A DNA stretch of 64,000 bases from a virus. A program made the translations under genes and the position numbers. The stretch covers positions 65,140 through 129,139 of the IMG/VR virus record IMGVR_UViG_3300005617_000028, one strand, 5' to 3'. How positions within the stretch are numbered: the stretch's first letter is position 1; each line of letters opens with the position of its first letter. This document shows, one piece after another, positions 35,736 through 45,691 of this stretch. The notes beneath the pieces were generated by a model, which saw only the letters and a list, made by a program, of their open reading frames with translations, was not told where the DNA came from and made no database searches.

Positions 35736-36710
35736 GTGACTGGAGTCCTACTGGTCAACGACATCCACCTGGCTGACCGGCCCCCGTCGGCGTGCACCGA
35801 CACCTACACCGAAGACCTGTTCGCCCTGCTGACCAACATCGCGGACCTGGCCCGCACCACCCACGCCACCGCGGTCGTCTGGGCCGGCGACGTGTTCCAC
35901 TCCAAGATCCCCGCCCGCACCTCCCACGCCACCGTACGGGCCCTCATCGAAGTCGCCCGCGCCCACCCGTGCCCGGTCCTGGTGGTGCCCGGCAACCACG
36001 ACCTCACCCACGACCGGCTCGACTCCCTCGACCACGCCCAGCCCCTCGGCGTGCTGTTTGCCAGCGGCGCGGTCACCATGCTGGACCGCTGGTCAGCGGT
36101 GGAGCAGCACGCGGTCAACCTGCCCATCTACGGCGTGCCCTGGCTGAAAACCTTCACCGACGACACCGTCGGGGACGCCCTGGCCGACTGGCGCAGCCGG
36201 GTGTCCGCCGCGACGGTGGGCCTGGTCGTCACCCACGCCCCGCTGTACCCGCCCGGGCAGGAACTGCCGTACGAGAACTACCCGGCCGCCCAGTGGGCCA
36301 AGGCGATGGACAACCACGGCACCGTCCACTACGGACACGTCCACGAGCCCCACGGCATCTACACCGTGGACGGAGTCACCTTCTCCAACCCCGGCGCGCT
36401 GTCCCGGGGCAGCCTGCACGAACACAACCTGAGCCGTCCGGTGGCCATCGCCGCCTGGGACCCGAAAACCGGGGCCGTCACCCACCACACCCTGCCGTCC
36501 CGGCCGGCGGATGAGGTGTTCCGCCTGGCCGAGATCAGCCAGTCCACCGCCAGCCAGCAACGCCTCGACGACTTCCTCGACACCATCGGACAGACCCGCA
36601 TCGAAGTGACCTCCATCGAAGCGGTGGTGGCCCACATCCGCGGCATGGAGCTGGGCGGCGACCTGGAAGCCCTCATCGCGGAACTGCTCGCCGAAGGCGC
36701 CCACCGGTGA
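35736..36710 (+). CDS. Mre11/SbcD-like metallophosphoesterase nuclease
   Basis: DIH, AGDVFH, PGNHD, TH, GHVH, NPG motifs; GGAGG RBS. Confidence 0.9.
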   Translation: MTGVLLVNDIHLADRPPSACTDTYTEDLFALLTNIADLARTTHATAVVWAGDVFHSKIPARTSHATVRALIEVARAHPCPVLVVPGNHDLTHDRLDSLDHAQPLGVLFASGAVTMLDRWSAVEQHAVNLPIYGVPWLKTFTDDTVGDALADWRSRVSAATVGLVVTHAPLYPPGQELPYENYPAAQWAKAMDNHGTVHYGHVHEPHGIYTVDGVTFSNPGALSRGSLHEHNLSRPVAIAAWDPKTGAVTHHTLPSRPADEVFRLAEISQSTASQQRLDDFLDTIGQTRIEVTSIEAVVAHIRGMELGGDLEALIAELLAEGAHR

Positions 36711-37192
36711 GCGTCGTTGAGCCGGCCCAGGTGGTGTGCGTCGACCTGGACTCCACCCTCACTGACACCCGCCACCGCCGCGACCTGTGCCCCACCGTCA
36801 ATCCCGACTGCAGCTGGGACGACTACCACGCCGCCTGCGCCGGCGACGCCCCGGTGACCGGGGTGGTCACCCTGGTCCGGATGCTCGTCACCGCCGGATA
36901 TGGCATCCACATCGTCACCAACCGCTCCGCCCGCTTCTACGAGAAAACCGTGGCCTGGCTTACGCAGCACAACGTTCCACATCACCACCTGGCCATGCGG
37001 CCGGGGGACATTGCGTTGGAGGACACCAACCGGTGGAAGCTGCAGTACCTGGCCTACCTGGACCGGGTCGAAGGCTACGAGGTGCGGCTGTTCATCGAAG
37101 ACTGGCCGGAAACCGCCAATGCCATCGAAGCCGCCGGCGTACCGGTGCTGTGCATCAACCCCCGCTACGCCACCGCCCCGGTACCGGCGTGA
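36707..37192 (+). CDS. HAD-family phosphatase (PNKP phosphatase-like)
   Basis: VDLDSTL, IVTNR, T..WL, MR......K, FIED. Confidence 0.85.
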   Translation: MSVVEPAQVVCVDLDSTLTDTRHRRDLCPTVNPDCSWDDYHAACAGDAPVTGVVTLVRMLVTAGYGIHIVTNRSARFYEKTVAWLTQHNVPHHHLAMRPGDIALEDTNRWKLQYLAYLDRVEGYEVRLFIEDWPETANAIEAAGVPVLCINPRYATAPVPA

Positions 37193-37998
37193 GCCCCGAC
37201 ATCGACATCCGGATCAGCTGGTCCGGCATCCGCAATCACGAGGAGTGCCGACAACGCTCGTCGCTGCTGCGCGCCGGCAAACGCAACCCGCTGGGCAACC
37301 TGCGCTCCTACTTCCACGGCATGGTCGTCGACCGGGCCTGCCGGGACTGGCTGGCCGACCCCGCCCGCGTCGACGGCGGCATGCTCGCCATGATCGACTC
37401 ACTGATCGACACCGAAGCCACCCGCGCCCGGGAAAGCGGCGACGGCATCGTCAAATGGAAAAGCCCCGGCGACCGCGGCGAGCTGCGCGCCTTCTGCGCC
37501 GAATTGGTGCAGCGCCTGGAGCCGATGCTCTACGAACACGTGCTGCCCTATCCGTTCCAGGCGGGGCTGCGTTTCGCGGTACCGGTGAGCGTGCCCTACC
37601 TGGATGGCACCCCCACCACCATCCACCTGGTCGGGGAGATGGACATCCTCGTCGACCACGACGGGTACCGGCCGCTGGACCTCAAAGGCACCAAGGACGG
37701 CTCGTACTGGCGCAAGGTGGTGGGGCAGCTGGTCTTCTACGACCTGGCCGTCATGCTGCTGCACCAGCGCCGCTGCCACTCCGCCGCACTGATCCAACCC
37801 ATGTGCACCCAGCCGTACCTGCAGTTCGTGTTCACCGACGACGACCGGCGTGCGATGTGGGCCCGCATCATCGCGATGGCCTCCGACATCTGGCGGGGCG
37901 AGGCCAGCTGCACCACCGACGTCAACCACTGCACGTTCTGCTCGGTACGCCACGCCTGCGCCCGGTTCACACCCGCCGCACCGTTCGCCCGCGCCTGA
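37189..37998 (+). CDS. Cas4/RecB-like PD-(D/E)XK exonuclease with 4-Cys cluster
   Basis: SWS.....EC, HG..V, GEMD, DLK, QL.FY, CTFC....AC. Confidence 0.85.
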   Translation: MSPDIDIRISWSGIRNHEECRQRSSLLRAGKRNPLGNLRSYFHGMVVDRACRDWLADPARVDGGMLAMIDSLIDTEATRARESGDGIVKWKSPGDRGELRAFCAELVQRLEPMLYEHVLPYPFQAGLRFAVPVSVPYLDGTPTTIHLVGEMDILVDHDGYRPLDLKGTKDGSYWRKVVGQLVFYDLAVMLLHQRRCHSAALIQPMCTQPYLQFVFTDDDRRAMWARIIAMASDIWRGEASCTTDVNHCTFCSVRHACARFTPAAPFARA

Positions 37999-38010
37999 AA
38001 GGAGCCCGTG

Positions 38011-38271
38011 ATGAGCCAGACCGTCGTCAGCGCCGAGGGCCAGATCCGTGCCCTGCAGGACCGCCTGGCCACTGCCCAACGGGCCCGGGTACGCGCCGAA
38101 CACGAACGCGACACCGCCGCCGCCAGCGCCCGCACCGCCGCCGACGCGCTGCGTGAAGAATTCGGCGTATCCACTGTGGAGGAAGCCAAGGACCTGCTCG
38201 CCACCCTGGAGCAGGACCTGGCCGCGCAGCTGGCCACGGTCACCGGACGACTCGACCAGCTGGGCCAGTAA
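38011..38271 (+). CDS. Short coiled-coil protein, candidate third piece of Rad50
   Basis: AAAGGAG RBS; heptad-rich with FGV.TVEEA..LL turn. Confidence 0.7.
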   Translation: MSQTVVSAEGQIRALQDRLATAQRARVRAEHERDTAAASARTAADALREEFGVSTVEEAKDLLATLEQDLAAQLATVTGRLDQLGQ

Positions 38272-38279
38272 GCCACCGC

Positions 38280-39476
38280 ATGCGCAGCCTCGTCGACACC
38301 CACGCCTTCATCGGTGCGCTGCTCGCGCCGGAGCCGGCCGAGGCGGATACCCGCACCGAGGCGACCCCGATCACATTCACCGCCCAGTACCCGGTCTTCG
38401 CCACCGCCCTGGAACGCGCCGCCGTGGTCCTGCCGGCCGGGGACACCATGCCGGTACTGCGCAACTTCCAGATCCACGTCGGCACCGACCGGCTACGGAT
38501 CATCGCCACCGACACGCAGCTGTCGATGCTGGTCAGCGCCCACACCCTCACCTCCCGGCCCGGGGTTTTCGTCCTGCCCGCCAAACGCGGCCTGGAGATC
38601 ATCAAAGAGGCCGCCGGGGACACCGTCGAACTGGCGGTGCGGTCCTCGGTGGCCAGCATCACCATCGGGCGGACCACCTGGAACCTGCGGCTGCCCGGCG
38701 GCGCGGACTATCCGCCGATGCCCGACCTGACCGAGGTCACCCTCACCCCGGTGGGCCGGGCCGCCCTCGCCGCCGCGTTGGCGACGGTGCGGTACGCCGC
38801 CGGCCGCGACGCGGGCAAGCCCGCCCTGATGCAGGTCGACGTCAGCCGGGGCCGGTTCACCGCCTCCGACGGGATCCGCTTCCAACAGGCCACCCTCAGC
38901 ACCGAACTGGGCGACTACGCCGTACCGGTCACCGCCGTCGACGACCTGCTCAAACTGCTCCGTGGCAGCGACGCGGCGGAGATCACCATCGGGGAAACCG
39001 CCCGGCACCTAGTGTTCGGCTTCGGCGCCGACATCCTCATCGTCACCCGGCTCACCGCCGCATTCCCCGACATGGCCTCGCTGCTGCTCCGCCCCGCGCT
39101 GGAAAACACCCGCCCGCTCACAGTGGCCCGCGCCGAGCTGCTGGCCGCCGTCAAACGGGTCCGGATCACCGCCGACCCGCAGACCCTCGCCGTCGGGCTC
39201 ACCCTCGCCGACGGGGCACTGACCGTGCGGGCCCGCGACGAACACGGCAACGACGCCACCGAAACCCTCACCGCCGGCTGGGCCGGCACCGCCCACACCG
39301 TGGTCCTCAACCACACCTACCTCACCGACATGATCGCCGCCTGCCCGCAGGACACCCTGCACTTCCGCCTCGGCGAAGACAGCGTCACCCGCAAGGCGCC
39401 GCTGCTGCTCACCCACACCGACACCGGTGCCGTCGGTGTCGTCCAGCAGATGCACATCGATTGGAGCCATCGCTGA
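38280..39476 (+). CDS. dnaN: DNA polymerase III beta sliding clamp
   Basis: MPVL.NF, IATD..LS, DYP..P, ASDG.R, FPD...L, LN..YL.D; three-domain length. Confidence 0.9.
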   Translation: MRSLVDTHAFIGALLAPEPAEADTRTEATPITFTAQYPVFATALERAAVVLPAGDTMPVLRNFQIHVGTDRLRIIATDTQLSMLVSAHTLTSRPGVFVLPAKRGLEIIKEAAGDTVELAVRSSVASITIGRTTWNLRLPGGADYPPMPDLTEVTLTPVGRAALAAALATVRYAAGRDAGKPALMQVDVSRGRFTASDGIRFQQATLSTELGDYAVPVTAVDDLLKLLRGSDAAEITIGETARHLVFGFGADILIVTRLTAAFPDMASLLLRPALENTRPLTVARAELLAAVKRVRITADPQTLAVGLTLADGALTVRARDEHGNDATETLTAGWAGTAHTVVLNHTYLTDMIAACPQDTLHFRLGEDSVTRKAPLLLTHTDTGAVGVVQQMHIDWSHR

Positions 39477-39491
39477 TGAGTCCGTGTGTGG

Positions 39492-39788
39492 TCAAAGATC
39501 CAGGTAGGTGCGCAGACCGGCATCGACGCTGCGCAGCGCTGTGGCCGTCAGGGCGCCAAGACGGGTCTGTACTGCCGTCGGATCCACCGGGCGCAGCCGC
39601 ACCAGGTCCACCACACCGGTTACGGGATGGTCAACGGCGACCGCGACAGTGCTGGGCAACGGCTGATCTGTTGAACCGCGGACAACGACGAAGGTCGCCC
39701 GGGTCGCACCGTACCGAGTGGCCGACACGATCACGATGCGCGCCCGCTGACTGCCCACCACGTACTCATAGACCTCACCGCGCTTCAC
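39492..39788 (-). CDS. PemK/MazF-like toxin
   Basis: MKRGEVY, R.VIVS, RLG.L.......VD.GLR.YLDL. Confidence 0.75.
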   Translation of the reverse strand: MKRGEVYEYVVGSQRARIVIVSATRYGATRATFVVVRGSTDQPLPSTVAVAVDHPVTGVVDLVRLRPVDPTAVQTRLGALTATALRSVDAGLRTYLDL

Positions 39789-40012
39789 GGCCGGGCCCCA
39801 CGGTCAACCGCCTCCAAGGCGGCCTCGATAGCCTTGTCCTCCTCGCTCCACGACTGTCGCCACCGCTCGTAGACACCCAGGTCCTCCGCCGCGGCCAGCT
39901 CCCGGATGGCCCGCTCCACCCATGCGGACAGCTCGACGCCGGCCGCGGTGGCATGCCGGCGGGCAGTATCGGCGGCCACATCATCAAGACTCAGAGACGT
40001 TTTCACCTTCAT
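39785..40012 (-). CDS. Cognate RHH-type antitoxin
   Basis: KTSLSLDD....A...A...G..LSAW.ERAIR; coupled upstream of the toxin. Confidence 0.75.
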   Translation of the reverse strand: MKVKTSLSLDDVAADTARRHATAAGVELSAWVERAIRELAAAEDLGVYERWRQSWSEEDKAIEAALEAVDRGARP

Positions 40013-40062
40013 ACCGCCGATCTTACTGCCAAACGGCGGTACACCCGTGGTGGGTGGTCGGG

Positions 40063-40716
40063 ATGAGCATCGACGCGCTGCCCGCCCTGCACCAACGCTG
40101 CCGCCTGATCCGGCGCACCCTGGACCAGCAGGTCGGCGAGGCCCGCGGCCTGGCCGTGGCCGGCAAGCGCCTCACCGAGGAAACCGCCGGGCTGCGCCGC
40201 CAGATCGAGCTGCTGGACCGGGCCACCGGCGTGCTCACCACCATTGGCGAAGAGCGTCAGGCCACCGCCCAGACGCAGATTGAAGCCCTCGTCACCCGCG
40301 GCCTGGTGACCATCTTCGGTACCGACCTGTCCTTCCACCTGGTCGCCGTGGTGCGTGGCAAACGCCCCGAAGTCGACTTCGTGGTCCGCTCCCGGCTGGG
40401 CGACACCGTCGTGGACACCGACGTCATCGACGCCCGCGGCGGTGGCCTGGCCGCCACCGTCGGGTTCCTGCTGCGCCTGGTCGTGCTGCTGCTGTCGGCG
40501 AAACCCGGCACCGACAGCGTGCTCATCCTCGACGAGACGTTCGCCCACGTCAGCGCCGAATACGAACCTGGTCTGGCCGAATTCCTGGCCGAGCTGGTCG
40601 CCCGCACCGGGGTGCAGATCATCATGGTGACCCACTCCGACGTGTACTCCGAACACGCCGACGCCCGGTACCGGTTCACCCTCAAAGACGGCGTCACCAC
40701 GGTCGCCGCGGTGTAG
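40063..40716 (+). CDS. Rad50/SbcC-like ATPase, C-terminal half
   Basis: Coil, variant signature ARGGG, Walker B/D-loop LILDETFAHV, H-loop IMVTH. Confidence 0.85.
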   Translation: MSIDALPALHQRCRLIRRTLDQQVGEARGLAVAGKRLTEETAGLRRQIELLDRATGVLTTIGEERQATAQTQIEALVTRGLVTIFGTDLSFHLVAVVRGKRPEVDFVVRSRLGDTVVDTDVIDARGGGLAATVGFLLRLVVLLLSAKPGTDSVLILDETFAHVSAEYEPGLAEFLAELVARTGVQIIMVTHSDVYSEHADARYRFTLKDGVTTVAAV

Positions 40717-40833
40717 CGCCGGCAACCCCGGCCCGCGCCGATGTAGAAGAGGGTGGGAGCCCGCCACACCCGATGAGGGCGCGTCGGCCCACCGTCCGAG
40801 GTCTGCTCATTCCCACTGAAAGGGCCGCCGCCC

Positions 40834-41961
40834 GTGGAAACGCTTGCCTTGACGCACCGGCCCACCTGTTTCGAAGACCTGATCGGGCAGCGCCCCATCA
40901 CCGGAGTGCTCCGACAGATGGTCAACACCAACCGGGTGCCCACCGCGTTGCTGTTCAAAGGCAGCCACGGTACCGGCAAGACCTCCACCGCCCGCATCCT
41001 GGCCGCCGCCCTCAACTGCGAAAGCCCGCCGGCGCCGTGCCGGCACTGCGTGTCCTGCAAATCCGTGTTCAACGCCACCAGCCTGGATCTGATGGAAATC
41101 GACGCCGCCAGCAACGGCCGGGTCGAAGACATCCGCGAGCTGCGCCAGCAGGTCCTCTACGCCGTCGGCGGCCGTTGCCGGGTGGTCGTCCTGGACGAGG
41201 CCCAGTCGATGTCGGCGGCGGCGTTCAACGCGCTGCTGAAGACGCTGGAGGAGCCCCCGCCGGGCGCGGTGTTCATCCTGGCTACCACCGAGGCGTCCCG
41301 CATTCCCGACACCGTCACCAGCCGTTGCATGCCGTTCGCGTTCCGGCGCATCAGCGTCGCCGACATCGCCGCCCGGCTGGCCCACATCTGCCAGCAGGAG
41401 AACATCCCCGCTGACCCGGCCCTGCTCACCGCCCTCGCCGACAGCGCCGACGGCGCGATGCGCGACGCGATCATGAGCCTGGACCAGCTGCGCCGAGCTG
41501 ACATCCTCACCCTGGCCGCCTACCGGGGCCTCACCGGCGACCTGGACTACGGCCCCGACCTGCTCACCGCCATCGTCGCTGGCGACACCGCGCACACCTT
41601 CGCCGTCCTCGACGACATCCTCACCCGCGCCGGTGACGCCCGGGCGGTGGCCGTAGATCTGTCCGCCACCCTGCGCGACGTGCTCATCATCCAGGCCGGC
41701 GGGCACCTCACCGCCCAGGGTCACGCCCTGCACAGCCGCACCGAGCTGGCCCGGCGCATCAGTACCCAGCAGGCCTTTTCCGCTCTCAAAGTGCTGTGGG
41801 AGCTGGCTGCGCGGATCTGTGGCAACCAGACCGCACGGCCCGTCCTGGACCTGGCCGTCCTGATGATCGCCGAACGGTGCGCCATCCCCACCGCGGCTCC
41901 ACCGCCGGCGCCGGCGGCCACCGCCCGGCTCACCCTGGCACAGATGGCGGCCGCCCGGTGA
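40834..41961 (+). CDS. dnaX: DNA polymerase III gamma/tau-like clamp loader
   Basis: RP..FEDLIGQ, G.HGTGKTSTARI, C...PC..C.SC, EIDAAS, DEAQ, NALLKTLEEPP, SRC. Confidence 0.95.
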   Translation: METLALTHRPTCFEDLIGQRPITGVLRQMVNTNRVPTALLFKGSHGTGKTSTARILAAALNCESPPAPCRHCVSCKSVFNATSLDLMEIDAASNGRVEDIRELRQQVLYAVGGRCRVVVLDEAQSMSAAAFNALLKTLEEPPPGAVFILATTEASRIPDTVTSRCMPFAFRRISVADIAARLAHICQQENIPADPALLTALADSADGAMRDAIMSLDQLRRADILTLAAYRGLTGDLDYGPDLLTAIVAGDTAHTFAVLDDILTRAGDARAVAVDLSATLRDVLIIQAGGHLTAQGHALHSRTELARRISTQQAFSALKVLWELAARICGNQTARPVLDLAVLMIAERCAIPTAAPPPAPAATARLTLAQMAAAR

Positions 41962-42671
41962 CCGACCTGATCGTGCTGGTTCCGACCCGCCAGCGACCCC
42001 ACACCGTGGTCCAGATGTGCGCCGCGTTCGCCGACACCTGCACCGCCGACACCGGCCTGGTGTTCTGCGTGGACGGCTGCACGCAGGTGGAGCAGTACTG
42101 GCAGGCCCACCGCGACGCCCAGGCCATCTTTCCCCGCCAGTCCATGTTCGCTGGGCCTCGCCGTCGCCTGGTCGGCACGCTCAACCACTACGCCACCATC
42201 CTGGCCGAGGCTGAACACGCGCCCACCGTCATCGCCTACCTGGGCGATGACCACCGCCCGCTCACCCCAGGCTGGGACCGGGCGTACCTGAAAGCACTGC
42301 GCGCCGCCGGCACCGGCATCGTCTACGGCGACGACACCGTGCAGGGGGAAAACCTGCCCACCCAGGTCGCCATCACCACCGACATCGTGCGCGCCCTGGG
42401 CTTCTACGCCCCGCCCGTGCTGACCCACATGTACTGCGACAACTTCTGGCTCGACCTCGGCCGCGGAGCCGACTGCCTCACCTACCTGCCCGACGTGGTC
42501 GTCGCCCACCGCCACCCCGGCACCGGCGCCGTCGGGTGGGACGAGTCGTACCGCGAATCCAATTCCGCCGCCAGCTACCTCACCGACCGCGACGCCTACC
42601 ACGCCTACGTCCGGGACGGGCTTGCGCCGGCCATCGCGGCAGTGGCCGCGCTGAAAGCAGCACACCCATGA
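41958..42671 (+). CDS. GT-A (family 2-like) glycosyltransferase
   Basis: VLVPTR.RP, LGDDH, HMYCDN, V.H.H. Confidence 0.75.
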   Translation: MTDLIVLVPTRQRPHTVVQMCAAFADTCTADTGLVFCVDGCTQVEQYWQAHRDAQAIFPRQSMFAGPRRRLVGTLNHYATILAEAEHAPTVIAYLGDDHRPLTPGWDRAYLKALRAAGTGIVYGDDTVQGENLPTQVAITTDIVRALGFYAPPVLTHMYCDNFWLDLGRGADCLTYLPDVVVAHRHPGTGAVGWDESYRESNSAASYLTDRDAYHAYVRDGLAPAIAAVAALKAAHP

Positions 42672-43282
42672 CCCAGATCCACCTGGCGCCCGCCCAGGCC
42701 TGGACCTTCGCCCGGCTCAACGGGTTGATCACCGGCCTGGGCATCCAGCCGTGGGTGGTCACCCACATTGGCGCCCACCACGGTGAAGAGGTACCCGTCT
42801 ACCGCCAGTGCGGCTTTCACCACATCCGCCTGGTCGAACCCGATCCCCGGTCGGTGCAGATCCTGCGGGAAAACCTGGGAGCCGCCCCCGATGTCACCAT
42901 CATCGCTGCGGCCGCCGCGGAGAAGCCCGGCACGGTACGCCTGCACTACGCCGAACGCACCGTCTGGAGTGGTCTCACCCCCCACCCCAGCGCCGACGGT
43001 GACGGGGTGGCGGTCACCGCTATGACCATGGCTGAACTTCAGGGCGAAGCCAACGTCCTGGTCCTGGACACCCAGGGCTCCGAACTGGACCTGCTGCGCC
43101 ACGCCGTGTTCACCATGCTCGACGTCGTCATCGTGGAAACCACCCGCCGCCCCGGTGATGGGGCCGCGTACTTCGACGAGGCCGTCGCCTACATGGACAG
43201 CCACAACTGGGTAGCGGCGGAGGAGTGGATCCATGACGGCAGCGGCTACACCGACACCGTCTTCACCCGACGCCCCCGGTGA
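42668..43282 (+). CDS. FkbM-family methyltransferase
   Basis: HIGAH.GEE, VEP.P, LDTQGSEL..L, ..VE. Confidence 0.85.
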   Translation: MTQIHLAPAQAWTFARLNGLITGLGIQPWVVTHIGAHHGEEVPVYRQCGFHHIRLVEPDPRSVQILRENLGAAPDVTIIAAAAAEKPGTVRLHYAERTVWSGLTPHPSADGDGVAVTAMTMAELQGEANVLVLDTQGSELDLLRHAVFTMLDVVIVETTRRPGDGAAYFDEAVAYMDSHNWVAAEEWIHDGSGYTDTVFTRRPR

Positions 43283-44004
43283 CCGCCATGAACCATCGGC
43301 TGGTGTTCACCGCCTACAGCCGGCCCCGCTACTTCATCGAGGTCCTGCAGGCTTGGGAGAACGTGCGTGGATATCCGCGGTGGCGGCCCCACGCCTTCAT
43401 CGAGCCCAGTCCACACGAGCATGTGATGACCTTCGCGGCCGCCACCTTCGGCGCCGGTGTCACCGTCAACCCGCACCGCCGTGGTGTGCTCTCCAACCCC
43501 TGGCACGCCTTGGAAACCGCGTTCACCGACGGCGCCGACTTCACCGTCCTCGCCGAAGAGGACGTGCTGCCCAGCACTGACGTGCTGGAGCTGTTCACCG
43601 ACGCCGCGCACCGGTTCCGCGACCAGCACATCCTGGCCGTCTGCGCCGCGTCATTCGCACCCACCTGCCCAGCCGACCAGGTCCAGCAACTCACCGCGCA
43701 CCAGGCCTTCAGCCCGCTGATCTGGGGCACCTGGCGGGACCGGTGGACCGGTGTCCTGCGCGACACCTGGGACCACCACTACGACACCGGCACCCCCGAG
43801 CACCCCGAGTCCGGTTGGGACTGGAACATCAACCTGCGGATCATGAAGGACTGGCGGGTGATCTCACCCATCGCCAGCCGGTCGGTACACATCGGCGCTG
43901 ACGGCGGTACCCACACCACCGCGCAGAGCTTCCCGGCCAGCGTTGCCCCCACCTTCACCGCCGACCGGGCGCCGGGAGCCTTCCTGGCCCCGACCGATAT
44001 GTAA
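43279..44004 (+). CDS. GT-A glycosyltransferase
   Basis: TAYSRP.Y, LAEEDV, WGTWRDRW, GWDW, P..SRS.HIG..GG.H. Confidence 0.75.
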   Translation: MTAMNHRLVFTAYSRPRYFIEVLQAWENVRGYPRWRPHAFIEPSPHEHVMTFAAATFGAGVTVNPHRRGVLSNPWHALETAFTDGADFTVLAEEDVLPSTDVLELFTDAAHRFRDQHILAVCAASFAPTCPADQVQQLTAHQAFSPLIWGTWRDRWTGVLRDTWDHHYDTGTPEHPESGWDWNINLRIMKDWRVISPIASRSVHIGADGGTHTTAQSFPASVAPTFTADRAPGAFLAPTDM

Positions 44005-44007
44005 GGC

Positions 44008-44451
44008 ATGGCGAACCCGCTGGACGACCTGGACACCGCCTTCGAGCTGCCCAGCATCGTCAAAGACGCAAAGCTGCGTGCCCTCTACGAAGTGCTCGTG
44101 TACCGCATGCGGCAGGAAGCCCGACACCTGCCGATGAACACCGTCCAGCAGCTGCTCATCGAACGCATCGCCACCAACTACATCGTGCTGCGCTCCAAGG
44201 AACGCGGTGACCTCGGCGGCTTCGCCCACGCCGGCGTGCAGAAGGACTACAACACCTTCTGGCTCGCCATGACCAGCGAATTCAACCGGCTGCTGGCCAA
44301 GTCGGACGCGGGCAGCGACCGGGTCGGCGTGCTCAAGGAAATGCACTCGATCATCGTCAACACCCTGACCACCACGGTGCCCGATCCCCGGCTGCGTAGC
44401 GCGGTGCTGGAAAAGATGGCGCTCGCCTTCGAAAACGCCGGAGTAGCCTGA
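44008..44451 (+). CDS. Helical protein, possible terminase small subunit
   Basis: Size, helical character and position at the head of the virion gene block; no diagnostic motif. Confidence 0.4.
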   Translation: MANPLDDLDTAFELPSIVKDAKLRALYEVLVYRMRQEARHLPMNTVQQLLIERIATNYIVLRSKERGDLGGFAHAGVQKDYNTFWLAMTSEFNRLLAKSDAGSDRVGVLKEMHSIIVNTLTTTVPDPRLRSAVLEKMALAFENAGVA

Positions 44452-44466
44452 ACAGGAGCACCAGCC

Positions 44467-45300
44467 GTGGCCACCACCGCCGCCCCACCTGTCGTCATCT
44501 TCAGCCGTGCTGACCTCGACCTGATCGTCGCCTTCGCCGGCTGCTCCCTGGATGAAAAGCCCGGCAGCAACTGGGTCCAAGACGCCGGCGGCCTGCCCGA
44601 CTACATCTGCCGCATCGCCCGCGCCATCAAACGCAAGGGCCACACCACCGGACAGGCCATCTCCATCGCCGTGTCCCGCGTCAAAAAGTGGTCCACCGGA
44701 GCCGGTGTCAACGCCGACACCCAGGCCAAGGCCACCACCGCGGTCGCTGAATGGGAGAAGCTGAAGGCCAAGGCGCACACCAAGAGCGCCAGTACCGTCG
44801 CCGCCTCCGCCGCCGCCCGCCACGACCTGCTGTATCTGGCCAACACCACTGTCGAGTACAACGTCGACATCGTCCGGTCAGCCTTCGAACAACGGGCCCG
44901 CGACGCACGCCACGCCTGGCGCGCCGCCAACCCCGGCGCCGCCTACGACGACTGCCCGGTGCCCTACACCTGGGTGAAGGAACAGTGGACAAGTTTCATC
45001 ATCGTCCAGTCCGACTACGGCAAGAACCCTGAGCTGTACAAGGTGTCCTACCAGGTCGATTCTGCCAACAACGTGACCTTCGGCGAGCCGGTGGAAGTGA
45101 AGACCGAATACGTCGTCGTGGCAGAGTCCGACATGGTGGGCGCCGACCTCACCGACGCCGACCTGCAGGCCCTGCTCGCCATGACACCCAACGCGGTCGA
45201 CAACCCGGTCAACAAGCTGCTCTCCCTCACCCCGGCGCAGAGCCCACTCCAGCGCATCCTCAGCCAGGCGGGCGCCAGCGTCAACGCCGAAGGGTCCTAG
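44467..45300 (+). CDS. Virion-associated hypothetical protein
   Basis: AGGAG RBS; NWV...GGLP.YI.RIA.AI...G.....AI.IAV..VK.W domain recalled from actinophage head modules. Confidence 0.7.
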   Translation: MATTAAPPVVIFSRADLDLIVAFAGCSLDEKPGSNWVQDAGGLPDYICRIARAIKRKGHTTGQAISIAVSRVKKWSTGAGVNADTQAKATTAVAEWEKLKAKAHTKSASTVAASAAARHDLLYLANTTVEYNVDIVRSAFEQRARDARHAWRAANPGAAYDDCPVPYTWVKEQWTSFIIVQSDYGKNPELYKVSYQVDSANNVTFGEPVEVKTEYVVVAESDMVGADLTDADLQALLAMTPNAVDNPVNKLLSLTPAQSPLQRILSQAGASVNAEGS

Positions 45301-45304
45301 TCCC

Positions 45305-45691
45305 ATGGCGGCCGGGAACCTGCCAATCCAGGTGGACCTGGTCATCTACGCCGCCACCACGTTTCACCGGGAATTCCGCTGGCTACCCGACGGCGCCATC
45401 CCACAGGACTTCACCGGCTGGACCGCGGTGATGTTGATCGGCCCCCAACATGGCGTCGCCTTGCAACAACTGACTAGCCCTACCGGCGGTCTCACCCTGG
45501 GCACCGACGGCATGGTCACCATCACCCTCACCCCGGCTGCCACCGAGGCATTGGCCGCCGTTGACGGGCTCGCCTACCAGCTCGACCTGACCGAGCCCGC
45601 CGCACCCGACCCCACCGCGCCCGCCCCCACCGTCACCCGTTTTCTCCGCGGCCGCTGCAACGTCGTCCGCGATGTGGAGCCCGCGCCATGA
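45305..45691 (+). CDS. Small beta-rich fibre-anchor/adaptor-like protein
   Basis: L.I....TF....W...DFTGWTA.M.I...YQLDL...RFLRG; coupled to the fibre gene. Confidence 0.6.
   Translation: MAAGNLPIQVDLVIYAATTFHREFRWLPDGAIPQDFTGWTAVMLIGPQHGVALQQLTSPTGGLTLGTDGMVTITLTPAATEALAAVDGLAYQLDLTEPAAPDPTAPAPTVTRFLRGRCNVVRDVEPAP

Noticed and set aside
39473-39500. Hammerhead-like CTGATGAGTCC
   Set aside because: Stem II is mismatched, the core reads AAAG rather than GAAA, and there is no valid NUH/stem I; it is the dnaN stop region.
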